A stretch of DNA of 64,000 nt from Bacillales bacterium UBA1188 (lineage in GTDB: Bacteria > Bacillota_I > Bacilli_A > Izemoplasmatales > UBA1188): NCBI GenBank assembly GCA_002310135.1, contig DBYK01000001.1, positions 367,949-431,948 on the forward strand, read 5' to 3'. Below, piece by piece: positions 1 to 8,100 of the stretch. Position 1 is the stretch's first letter. Each line of letters begins with the position of its first letter. The translations under genes were made by a program, and so were the position numbers. Under the pieces are notes generated by a model. The model had not been told where the DNA came from, searched no databases, and saw only the letters and a program-made list of their open reading frames with translations.

Positions 1-927
1 AGTTGGAAGACCAGTTGAATCTTCAGCAGCGCCTAAATTAGAAGTCTTGTCAGCAAGTTTAGCATCCCATTCTCCATCGTAGAATTGTTTTAATACTAAT
101 TGAACAGATGAAGATAATCCTTTAATTGCTGAAGTGATGATTTTAGAACTTAAACCAGCTTGGTCAGTATCAACACCAACAATCTTAGCATTAGCATTTT
201 CAGCTGCAGCAGCTATAACTGAGTTGAGCATTGAACCACCACAAGAGAATACTACTTGTGTTCCAGCTGTATACCATTGAGAAACTAGAGTTTGAAGTTC
301 ATTTGAAGCACTGAAGCTTGAGCCATATTTGAATGAAATCTTCATTTCAATTGGAGTTTCTAAATTTAAAGCTTTAGCAGCAGCATCAGCACCTTGCATA
401 AATCCATAGCAGAATCTATTGCATGCGAAGTTAGATCCTCCACCACCAAATACACCACCAAGTTTTCTATAGCCATCCATAACAACGGCATAACCAGCTA
501 AATATCCTGATTCTTGTTCTTTGTAAGAAATTGCAGTAACATTTGCTTTTCCAAAATTCCAACCATCAACGAATACGAATTTTACATCTGGATGATCTGT
601 AGCAACCTTTTCAATTGCAGCTTGTTGTAAGAAACCTGGAGCAACGATAATTTTTGCACCATTTTCAATAGCGTTTTCCATAGCAGCAATACGGTCATTA
701 TCAGTAGCGTTTTGACCATTTTCAGGTTGATAATAAGCGTAAGTTTTATTATTCTTTTCAGCGAAAGTCTTTGCACCTTCATAAGTACCTTGGTTGAAAC
801 CACCATCCATAAGTTGTCCAACGTCAGTAACAACAGCTATTTCAGCTTTTTTCTTGCCGCAACCTGCTAAAACAGAAAAGCTAACAGCAACTAATAAAAC
901 AGACATAATTAAAACTAACTTTTTCAT
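1..927 (-). CDS. BMP-family (PnrA/Med-like) ABC-transporter substrate-binding lipoprotein; 3' end lies outside the window
   Basis: Own translation of the minus strand from ATG 925-927: MKKLVLIMSVLLVAVSFSVLAGCGKKKAEIAVVTDVGQLMDGGFNQG... Signal peptide with LAGC lipobox; GGAGG RBS just upstream. The frame stays open to the window edge. Absent from the supplied ORF track. Confidence 0.8.
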   Translation of the reverse strand, partial: MKKLVLIMSVLLVAVSFSVLAGCGKKKAEIAVVTDVGQLMDGGFNQGTYEGAKTFAEKNNKTYAYYQPENGQNATDNDRIAAMENAIENGAKIIVAPGFLQQAAIEKVATDHPDVKFVFVDGWNFGKANVTAISYKEQESGYLAGYAVVMDGYRKLGGVFGGGGSNFACNRFCYGFMQGADAAAKALNLETPIEMKISFKYGSSFSASNELQTLVSQWYTAGTQVVFSCGGSMLNSVIAAAAENANAKIVGVDTDQAGLSSKIITSAIKGLSSSVQLVLKQFYDGEWDAKLADKTSNLGAAEDSTGLPT

Positions 928-1089
928 TCTTTCCTCCTATAAATGTTAATTTTACATATATGCATATTTATAATAGTCATATACATTTACATTGTATATG
1001 CAATGTCAATACTTTTCAAGTATTTTATAGTTCCAATTTCATTAAAAGTATCTAATTGTGAAAATATTTTTTTATGATAAAAAATGGTT

Positions 1090-1872
1090 TTAGTATCCTC
1101 TACTCGCTAAATCTCTACATAATTCATAATAAAATTCATAAACCTTTTCACGTTTTTTCTTGCTTGCTGAAAAACCATTAATTTCTGAATGTGATATTGA
1201 TTCTTTAAAGGCATTGCCTTTATATTCACCAAATGCTGCGGAATCATTTGATACTAAGCCATCAGAATCTTTATCTTTTTCAAAATGATGGAAGAATAGG
1301 AGTGGAATACCCATGATAAAATCATCTTTTGGTTTATCCATTTTTGTTGAATAACTTTGGCAATATACTTTATTACCTATATCGAACGTTTCCTCTTCTA
1401 TCGCATTTGATTCAGATAATTCTATGCATGCATTTAGTGAATCAGGATGCTTATCACCTAAAATCTTATACCAAGTGTTTATGAAGAAAGCGGTTGTCTT
1501 TAAAATCCATTTAGGTAATTTCAATATATTGGTTGCGATAGGACTTCCTTTATGAGGCGTGCACAAAGTAGTGAGACTTGATACTTTATCCTCCATATCT
1601 AGTTTCATTATCATATATTTAGAATCAAGTCCACCCTTAGAATGTGCAATAATGTTTACTTTATCGCACTTCATAGTATCTATTATTCTTAGAATTTCTT
1701 CTTTTAGTATTTGTGCATTGTTTTCTATCGTTCCGAAACTATCGATTTGACTTCTATAAACTGTATATCCTTTTTCATTCAGTTTTTTATCTATTTTTCC
1801 AAAAGATTTAAAAAATATAGTGTCTCGAACCGTTAGCCCATGGACAAGTACTATAGGATATTTTGTGTTCAC
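1090..1872 (-). CDS. alpha/beta hydrolase (small lipase/esterase-like)
   Basis: 260 aa with N-terminal PIVLVHGL and nucleophile elbow AHSKGG (A/G-x-S-x-G). GTG start preceded by a GAGGT RBS. Directly downstream of the GNAT gene. Confidence 0.7.
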   Translation of the reverse strand: MNTKYPIVLVHGLTVRDTIFFKSFGKIDKKLNEKGYTVYRSQIDSFGTIENNAQILKEEILRIIDTMKCDKVNIIAHSKGGLDSKYMIMKLDMEDKVSSLTTLCTPHKGSPIATNILKLPKWILKTTAFFINTWYKILGDKHPDSLNACIELSESNAIEEETFDIGNKVYCQSYSTKMDKPKDDFIMGIPLLFFHHFEKDKDSDGLVSNDSAAFGEYKGNAFKESISHSEINGFSASKKKREKVYEFYYELCRDLASRGY

Positions 1873-1885
1873 TAAAATACCTCAT

Positions 1886-2488
1886 TTATAATAATAAAGT
1901 TTCTTTATGAGAAAATTCAAACTCAATATTCTTTTTTGGATTTTTAAGAAGTGACATTACTCCTGGTTCAGATACGCCTAGATTAGTGCTGAAGACTAAT
2001 TTTCTATATGGAATAAAACCACATTTTTCTTGAACTCTTTTTGACCTATTATTTTTATCAAAGTGACTGCACAATAAAAAATCTAAATCATAATCATTGA
2101 ATAGATAATCGATCACTTTATTCACAGCTTCACACATAATCCCCCTTCCCCAATAATCTTTAGATAAAACAAAACCTAGTTCTCTTCCTTTATAATCTTT
2201 AAATTCAGTTAGTTCATCTTCTAGTTTATATCTTTCAATGCCTAATGAACCTATTACTTTATTGTTTTCTTTATAGACTATCGCGAAGGTTCTATCGTTA
2301 TTTATAAAATTATTAAGTATCTTTAGTGATTCTTCAGTGTTATTGTGATGAGGCCAACCAGCCATTTCACCAACCCCATCAACTTTTGCGTATTCATAAA
2401 AATCGGATAAATCTTCTATTTTCCATCCTCTAAGTATTAATCTTTCAGTTTCTAAAACTACATTATTGATACTAAAAATTGCGTTCAT
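1886..2488 (-). CDS. GNAT family N-acetyltransferase (RimJ/RimL-like)
   Basis: Trimmed to ATG 2488 (MNAIFSINNVVLETERLILRGW...). Carries a YWGRGIMCEAV acetyl-CoA loop-like motif. The extra 25 N-terminal codons in the track ORF are unsupported. Confidence 0.75.
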   Translation of the reverse strand: MNAIFSINNVVLETERLILRGWKIEDLSDFYEYAKVDGVGEMAGWPHHNNTEESLKILNNFINNDRTFAIVYKENNKVIGSLGIERYKLEDELTEFKDYKGRELGFVLSKDYWGRGIMCEAVNKVIDYLFNDYDLDFLLCSHFDKNNRSKRVQEKCGFIPYRKLVFSTNLGVSEPGVMSLLKNPKKNIEFEFSHKETLLL

Positions 2489-2650
2489 AATACTAACCCT
2501 TGTACTTCTTATAATAACATTATAACACATCATTCTTTTAAAAAATGGCCCTCTATAGCTCAAGTATTTGACTTAATACTTTAAATAATCTATTTTTTGA
2601 ATTATAATATTTTTAGAATTACATATAAAATTAAATATTTGGAGGAAAAA

Positions 2651-3496
2651 ATGATTTACGTATTATTCAATTCTAAATCTAACAATTCTCATGGCGAAGA
2701 GGATGCTAGAAAATGGGCAGAAAGGCTAACTCAAGATGTCGAATTTGTGGAGCTTGTTGGGCTTGACTACAAAAAATTCTTTGATGGTCTAACTGAAGAT
2801 GATGAAGCAATTCTATGTGGTGGAGATGGAACTGTAAATTATTTCGCTAATGAAATGTATGGATATGATTTCAAATGCAAATTATCTTATGTGAAATGTG
2901 GTTCAGGAAACGACTTCTATAGAGATGTAGAAGAATATGAAAAAGATGGAAAAATTGATTTTAAACCATTCCTTAAAAACTTACCACTAATTAAAGTAAA
3001 TGGAATTGAAAGAAGATTCTTAAATGGTATTGGTTATGGTCTTGATGGTGAAACTTGTCTTGTTGGAGATCAAATTAGAGAAAAAGATCCAGGAGCTAAA
3101 ATCAATTATACTAATATCGCAATAAAACTACTTCTTGGAGGATATACAGTTAGAAAGGCTACTGTTACTGTTGATGGAGTAACTAATGAATATGAAAATG
3201 TATGGCTTTCAAGTACTATGTTTGGTAAATATTATGGTGGCGGAATTATGGCTGCACCTAAACAAAATAGACTAAATGAAGAACACACTTGTACAGTAAC
3301 AACTCTATCAAGTACTGGAAGACTTAGGACTTTCTTAAGATTCCCTACTTTCTCAGGTGGAAAACACGATGGAAAGAAATGGATTAATCATACTGTAGGA
3401 CATAGTTTCAAAGTTTCCTTCGATATTCCATGTGCACTTCAAATAGATGGTGATGTAGTACCTGAAGTTAAGGAATACGAAGTTGTGATTGATTAG
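2651..3496 (+). CDS. diacylglycerol-kinase catalytic-domain lipid kinase (YegS/BmrU family)
   Basis: Trimmed to ATG 2651 behind GGAGG. DAGK_cat motifs CGGDGTVN and GSGNDF, plus C-terminal IDGD. Confidence 0.75.
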   Translation: MIYVLFNSKSNNSHGEEDARKWAERLTQDVEFVELVGLDYKKFFDGLTEDDEAILCGGDGTVNYFANEMYGYDFKCKLSYVKCGSGNDFYRDVEEYEKDGKIDFKPFLKNLPLIKVNGIERRFLNGIGYGLDGETCLVGDQIREKDPGAKINYTNIAIKLLLGGYTVRKATVTVDGVTNEYENVWLSSTMFGKYYGGGIMAAPKQNRLNEEHTCTVTTLSSTGRLRTFLRFPTFSGGKHDGKKWINHTVGHSFKVSFDIPCALQIDGDVVPEVKEYEVVID

Positions 3497-3498
3497 TT

Positions 3499-5031
3499 AT
3501 GAAAAAATATGATTGTGTAGTAATAGGTGCAGGAAATGGTGGTCTGAGTGCTGCAGTCAAAATTCTTATGGGTAAAAAAAGCTGCCTCGTATGTGAAAAG
3601 CACAATATACCTGGAGGTTTTGCGACATCTTTTGTAAGAGGTAGATTTGAATTTGAAGCTTCTCTTCATGAATTCAATGGAATAGGAAATGAGGAGATGT
3701 GTGGCAGCACAAAAAGAATGTTCGATGAACTTGAAGTAAGCGATTTAATAGAATGGATTCAAGTTAAAAATGCATATAGATTGATATCTAAAGAAGAAGG
3801 GATAGATTTCGTTCTTCCTTTTGGTATTGATAATATCATTAAAGCTTGTGATACATTATGTGAAAATGGCGGAATTGAGGCAAAAAAGATAATTGATTTA
3901 TCTAAAACAATTTATGAAGCTGTAGGATATTTAAGTGATTCAAAAGGTAACCCAGACCCTGAGGTTATGAAGACAAAATATTATGATTATCTTGCGACTT
4001 CTTCTTATTCTGTCAATGAAGTATTTGAATCCCTTAAAACTCCAAAAATCATTAAAAATGTTTTAAGCGCATATTGGAGTTATTTAGGAGTTGACTTCGA
4101 TAATATGAGTTTTGTGCATTATGCGAATATGACTTATTCATATTACAGTATGGGGGCTACTGTCCCTAAATATAGAAGTCATGAATTATCATTAGCGTTT
4201 GAGAAGAGAATTCATGATTTAGGAGGAGATATCTTCTATAACACTGAAGTTAAAAAGATTTTAACTGATGAAGTTGGTCATGTATCAGGTGTAGAACTTT
4301 CAAATGGTGAGGTAATTGAGACAAGACATGTTATTGCGAACTGTTCGCCACACGTTGTATATTCAAATATGTTAGACCCTAAAGTTGTCCCTGAAAGAGC
4401 TCTTAAATTATGCAATTTTAGGAAATTTGCGGGAAGAGGAATAACTATTTTCTTAGGACTTGATTCTTCTCCTGAAGAACTTGGAATAACTGAACATTCA
4501 TATTTCATTTATAATTCAAGTGATTCAGTAAAAATGTATAATGAGATGAAAGATCTTCATCATCATGTTGGCCAAGCAACTTGTTGTCTTAATAATGTTA
4601 ATCCTGATTGTTCTGAAAAAGGAACTACTATTCTTTATATGACATCTCTCTATTTTGATGATGCTTGGAAAGATGTTGAAGAAAAAGATTATTATAAATT
4701 CAAAAATGAAGTTGCGGAGAAATTTATTGAAGATTTTGAAGTTGCGACTGGCGCAAAAATAAAAGGTCATATAGAAGAAATAGCTATCGCAACGCCTCAA
4801 ACATACGCAAGATACACTGGACATCCTCAAGGAGTAATCTATGGGTATGAAGGTAAATATGATGACGGACTAATGGCGAGAATTATGATGGTTAATGAAG
4901 ATGCGTTTATTAAAGGTCTTAGATTTGGAGGAGCCTATGGTGAAAGAGAAATAGGTTATCCATCTTCATATAAGAGTGGTTATAATGAAGCTAAAAGAAC
5001 CCTAAAAGATATGGAAAAGGAGGGCTCATAA
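3499..5031 (+). CDS. FAD/NAD(P)-dependent oxidoreductase, phytoene-desaturase (CrtI/COG1233)-like
   Basis: 510 aa with N-terminal dinucleotide-binding VVIGAGNGGLSAA...E. Length and layout resemble CrtI-family amine-oxidase-fold enzymes. Start is 2 nt after the upstream stop. Confidence 0.7.
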   Translation: MKKYDCVVIGAGNGGLSAAVKILMGKKSCLVCEKHNIPGGFATSFVRGRFEFEASLHEFNGIGNEEMCGSTKRMFDELEVSDLIEWIQVKNAYRLISKEEGIDFVLPFGIDNIIKACDTLCENGGIEAKKIIDLSKTIYEAVGYLSDSKGNPDPEVMKTKYYDYLATSSYSVNEVFESLKTPKIIKNVLSAYWSYLGVDFDNMSFVHYANMTYSYYSMGATVPKYRSHELSLAFEKRIHDLGGDIFYNTEVKKILTDEVGHVSGVELSNGEVIETRHVIANCSPHVVYSNMLDPKVVPERALKLCNFRKFAGRGITIFLGLDSSPEELGITEHSYFIYNSSDSVKMYNEMKDLHHHVGQATCCLNNVNPDCSEKGTTILYMTSLYFDDAWKDVEEKDYYKFKNEVAEKFIEDFEVATGAKIKGHIEEIAIATPQTYARYTGHPQGVIYGYEGKYDDGLMARIMMVNEDAFIKGLRFGGAYGEREIGYPSSYKSGYNEAKRTLKDMEKEGS

Positions 5032-6198
5032 ATGTTTAAAAGAAATGAAAATCCAATGGTAGATGTCCAAAAAGGATTAAACATTGTTAATAAGAGAAGA
5101 GAAGCTATTGATAATTCTCCTTCTACTCCTCTTCCAAAATCATATAAAGTTAATGAACTCTCAAAATCTTTACATCCAGGAATGATTAAAGCGGAATTAA
5201 TTGATATTAAAGATTCAATATCTGATTATAAAATTTTAACTTTTAAATCATTATCTAAGAATAAAAGATTTCCATATTTTAAGGCAGGACAATTTATTAC
5301 AATTTCAGCTAGAGTTAAGGGTTCTATAGTTACAAGACCTTATTCAATTTATTCATCACCTAAAGATGCCTTAAATGGAATAATAGAAATAGGTGTAAAA
5401 AGAAGCGGATTCTTCTCTAATTTTTTAGTTGATGTAATAAAGATAGGAACAAAAGTTATGATTGGAGAGCCATCTGGAGATTTCTATTATGATAACTTAA
5501 GAGATAAAAAGAATATAGTTGGGATTGCGGGTGGATCAGGTGTTACTCCATTTGTATCTATGATTAAATCTTTAATTGAGGGCACAGATGACTTCAATCT
5601 AACATTATTTTATGGCGTTAGAAAAAGAGAATTTATGATGTATGATTTTAGTTCAATTAATGACCCAAGAATAAAGATTATAATTATATTATCTGAAGAA
5701 AAAGTTGATGGTTATGAATATGGCTTCATCACAAAAGATATTTTAAATAAATACCTTAAAGGTGATTATTCAGTCTTTATGTGCGGACCAGATCCTATGT
5801 ATGAGTTTGTTTCAAAAGAATTCGCTAAACTTGGGGTTGATTATCATAAAATAAGATTTGAACATAACACTATAGGAGATGATCCAACTCTTAAGCACAT
5901 TGAACATAAACTTACAGTACACTTAAGAGATGAGGTACACGTTATACCTTCTTATGAAAACGAAACCATACTTACAGCCATGGAAAAAGGAGGGTTATAT
6001 ACTCCATCTAGATGTAGAAGTGGATTCTGTGGGTTCTGTCACTCAAGATTAATAAGTGGAGATTATTATACTCCTTCTAAATATGATCATAGAAGAGGGG
6101 CAGATAAAAAATTTGGATATATTCATCCTTGTGCAACATATCCAAAAAGTGATATGGAAATAGATGTTCCACCACTAGATGAACTAAAGGAGTTATGA
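5032..6198 (+). CDS. ferredoxin-NAD(P) reductase-like flavoprotein with C-terminal 2Fe-2S ferredoxin domain
   Basis: Motifs RPYSIYS (FAD), GIAGGSGVTPF (NAD(P)H) and plant-type cluster CRSGFCGFCHS...HPC. The ATG abuts the upstream stop. Confidence 0.75.
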   Translation: MFKRNENPMVDVQKGLNIVNKRREAIDNSPSTPLPKSYKVNELSKSLHPGMIKAELIDIKDSISDYKILTFKSLSKNKRFPYFKAGQFITISARVKGSIVTRPYSIYSSPKDALNGIIEIGVKRSGFFSNFLVDVIKIGTKVMIGEPSGDFYYDNLRDKKNIVGIAGGSGVTPFVSMIKSLIEGTDDFNLTLFYGVRKREFMMYDFSSINDPRIKIIIILSEEKVDGYEYGFITKDILNKYLKGDYSVFMCGPDPMYEFVSKEFAKLGVDYHKIRFEHNTIGDDPTLKHIEHKLTVHLRDEVHVIPSYENETILTAMEKGGLYTPSRCRSGFCGFCHSRLISGDYYTPSKYDHRRGADKKFGYIHPCATYPKSDMEIDVPPLDELKEL

Positions 6199-6199
6199 T

Positions 6200-6871
6200 A
6201 TGACAACACCAGTAATTATATTCACAGTTGTATATTCGTTAGTGCTTGTTGCGTATTTCTTTACTGAAACAAGCGGAAAGATGTATTTAAGAGCCCCAAA
6301 TAAGGTTCTTCTTGCGCTTATGTTTTTCGTCTTTGCGTGTATAGTCTTTTCAATAGATGATAAATATTCTCTTCTTTCATATCATGGTTTATTTATGGCG
6401 GGATTATTTCTTGCGATGCTTGGGGATATATTTCTTCTATTTGATTTAAATAGAGGAGGAGATTTCTTCTTAGCAGGAAATGTGTGTTTCATCATCTATG
6501 AACTCTCAGTGCTTAGTCAACATTCAATTAAATTTAGTGAATATTGGTGGGTGATATTAGTATCTTTAATCTTACTTCTCACATATTATTTCCTTTTCAC
6601 TAAATTTGATAAGTTCTTTAAAATGGGGAAGATGAAATATCCAATGTTGTTTTATTTATCATCAATTACACTCCATGGAGTTATGGGGATTGCGGTGATG
6701 ATATATGTTCCATCTCTTCTTCTTTTAGGACTTGGTTCACTTCTATTCTTTATATCTGATTTGATACTTACAGTAGATAGATTCGCACTTAAAAACAATT
6801 GGAGCTTAAGAGCTAACAGCGCATTCTATTTTACTGGATTATTATTGATGGTTTTAAGTATGGTAGTTTAA
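6200..6871 (+). CDS. YhhN-family membrane protein (lysoplasmalogenase/TMEM86-like)
   Basis: 223 aa, polytopic. MLGDIFLL, LLFFISDLILTVDRF and YFTGLLLM align with E. coli YhhN motifs as I recall them. Start is 1 nt after the upstream stop. Confidence 0.65.
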   Translation: MTTPVIIFTVVYSLVLVAYFFTETSGKMYLRAPNKVLLALMFFVFACIVFSIDDKYSLLSYHGLFMAGLFLAMLGDIFLLFDLNRGGDFFLAGNVCFIIYELSVLSQHSIKFSEYWWVILVSLILLLTYYFLFTKFDKFFKMGKMKYPMLFYLSSITLHGVMGIAVMIYVPSLLLLGLGSLLFFISDLILTVDRFALKNNWSLRANSAFYFTGLLLMVLSMVV

Positions 6872-6876
6872 TAATT

Positions 6877-6904
6877 AAAAAAGACCTTACATAAGGTCTT
6901 TTAT
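6877..6904. terminator. bidirectional rho-independent terminator between two convergent operons
   Basis: aaaa-AAGACCTT-acat-AAGGTCTT-ttatt: perfect 8-bp stem flanked by an A-run and a T-run. Confidence 0.7.
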
Positions 6905-6907
6905 TAT

Positions 6908-8089
6908 TTAAAAATCTAATGAATCAATATTTGAAAGTAAATCATGAGCTTTTTTCTTAAATGTCTCAAGTTCAGCTTCAAATGTTGGTTCATTTTTTCT
7001 ATGTTTAGAAATATATTTAATCATATGAAGAGAATTAAGACATTTAATTTTATCATTCACTTCTTTTATCTTGCCTTCATCAGTAGTATTTAGATATAAC
7101 CTGATGAACTTAGGCCAAATCTGTGAATATAATTCTTCTTTCATTCCTAAGAAGTTTTCAATTAACTTAGGATTGATTTCACCAATACCAACATAAGCGA
7201 AATAGGTATTCGCAAGATCAAATATTCTATTTCCATAAGACAAAGTATCCATATCTATTATTAATGCTTCCCCATTTTGAAGCATAATGTTGTTTGTGTG
7301 AAAATCTCCATGAAGCATTTTAAGAGGTGCTTTTAAAGCTTTGATTAAGGCTTCTGCCTTATCGCTATCTTCTTTACTCAAAAAAATCTTAGATGCTTCA
7401 ATCCATTCACCACCAATTTCAGTATTCGCATTAGGCATATCAGTCGATTTAACTTCAGTTCCATGAATGATTTTTACAAGATCAACCATCTGTTCAACAT
7501 ATTTATCTAAATCATCTGGATTATTTTTGATTGCATCTGAAAGTGATAATGCATCTAGTAATTCAAATACTGAACCATATTTATCACCAACAACTACAAC
7601 ATCAAAAGGAATTACTGTAGGTACGCCTAAGATAAATGCTTTTCTTGCGAGGTCTCTTTCTCTATTTATTTCTGGTAGACTATCGCTATTTTTATATACT
7701 TTGATGATTGTATCATCATCATATTTATAAATAATGCCTTTAGCTCCTTTTCCAATCACTTTACAACCATCCACTGACATCTTTCTATAAGCTTTTTCGA
7801 TTGGAATCATTTCAGAGAAACCAGTCATCTCAAAGATTTCATATGCTTCAACAGAAACATTTATTATCTTTAAAGATTTTTCTTTTTTCTTTAGTCTTAA
7901 AACAACACGAAGACCGGCACTTGAAATATAATTCAGGTTTCTTGCGTCTATTATCACATCCCCTTCTTTATTTATAGATCTAATATCATTAATCTCAGTT
8001 TCTGTGGCTTCGGCGTTTGCTGAGTCTAATCTTTCATTTAGTTTTAAATATAAAGTATTGTCTTTAAACTCGTATGATATATAGTTCAT
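6908..8089 (-). CDS. STAS domain fused to an aminoglycoside/choline-kinase-like (protein-kinase-like fold) domain
   Basis: aa 1-100 form a STAS domain (NLNYISSAGLRVVL, MTGF). The remainder has Gly-loop GKGAKGIIY, IIKVYK, catalytic HGDFHTNNIM and IIDMDT. RBS AGAGGAG lies upstream. Confidence 0.7.
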   Translation of the reverse strand: MNYISYEFKDNTLYLKLNERLDSANAEATETEINDIRSINKEGDVIIDARNLNYISSAGLRVVLRLKKKEKSLKIINVSVEAYEIFEMTGFSEMIPIEKAYRKMSVDGCKVIGKGAKGIIYKYDDDTIIKVYKNSDSLPEINRERDLARKAFILGVPTVIPFDVVVVGDKYGSVFELLDALSLSDAIKNNPDDLDKYVEQMVDLVKIIHGTEVKSTDMPNANTEIGGEWIEASKIFLSKEDSDKAEALIKALKAPLKMLHGDFHTNNIMLQNGEALIIDMDTLSYGNRIFDLANTYFAYVGIGEINPKLIENFLGMKEELYSQIWPKFIRLYLNTTDEGKIKEVNDKIKCLNSLHMIKYISKHRKNEPTFEAELETFKKKAHDLLSNIDSLDF

Positions 8090-8100
8090 TTTGCTCCTCT

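Noticed and set aside
582-833. 83-aa track ORF inside the region I assign to the BMP lipoprotein gene. The same applies to many other short track ORFs: 1559-1750, 4278-4508, 4525-4830, 7467-7730, 9944-10228, 10658-10894, 15598-15828, 18509-18760, 20878-21066, 21691-21921, 25708-25932, 26257-26646, 31006-31615, 40734-41003, 41746-41967, 42281-42505, 44272-44487, 45911-46192, 47732-48028, and all short ORFs opposite or out of frame within ribosomal genes.
   Set aside because: They lie antisense to, or out of frame within, long ORFs with clear family motifs. They have low-complexity AT-biased translations and no RBS. They are shadow ORFs.
930-1089. Small palindromes (e.g. ACATTG-tatatg-CAATGT) in the BMP lipoprotein promoter region.
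   Set aside because: They are short, AT-rich, and match no regulator motif I can name. The evidence is insufficient.
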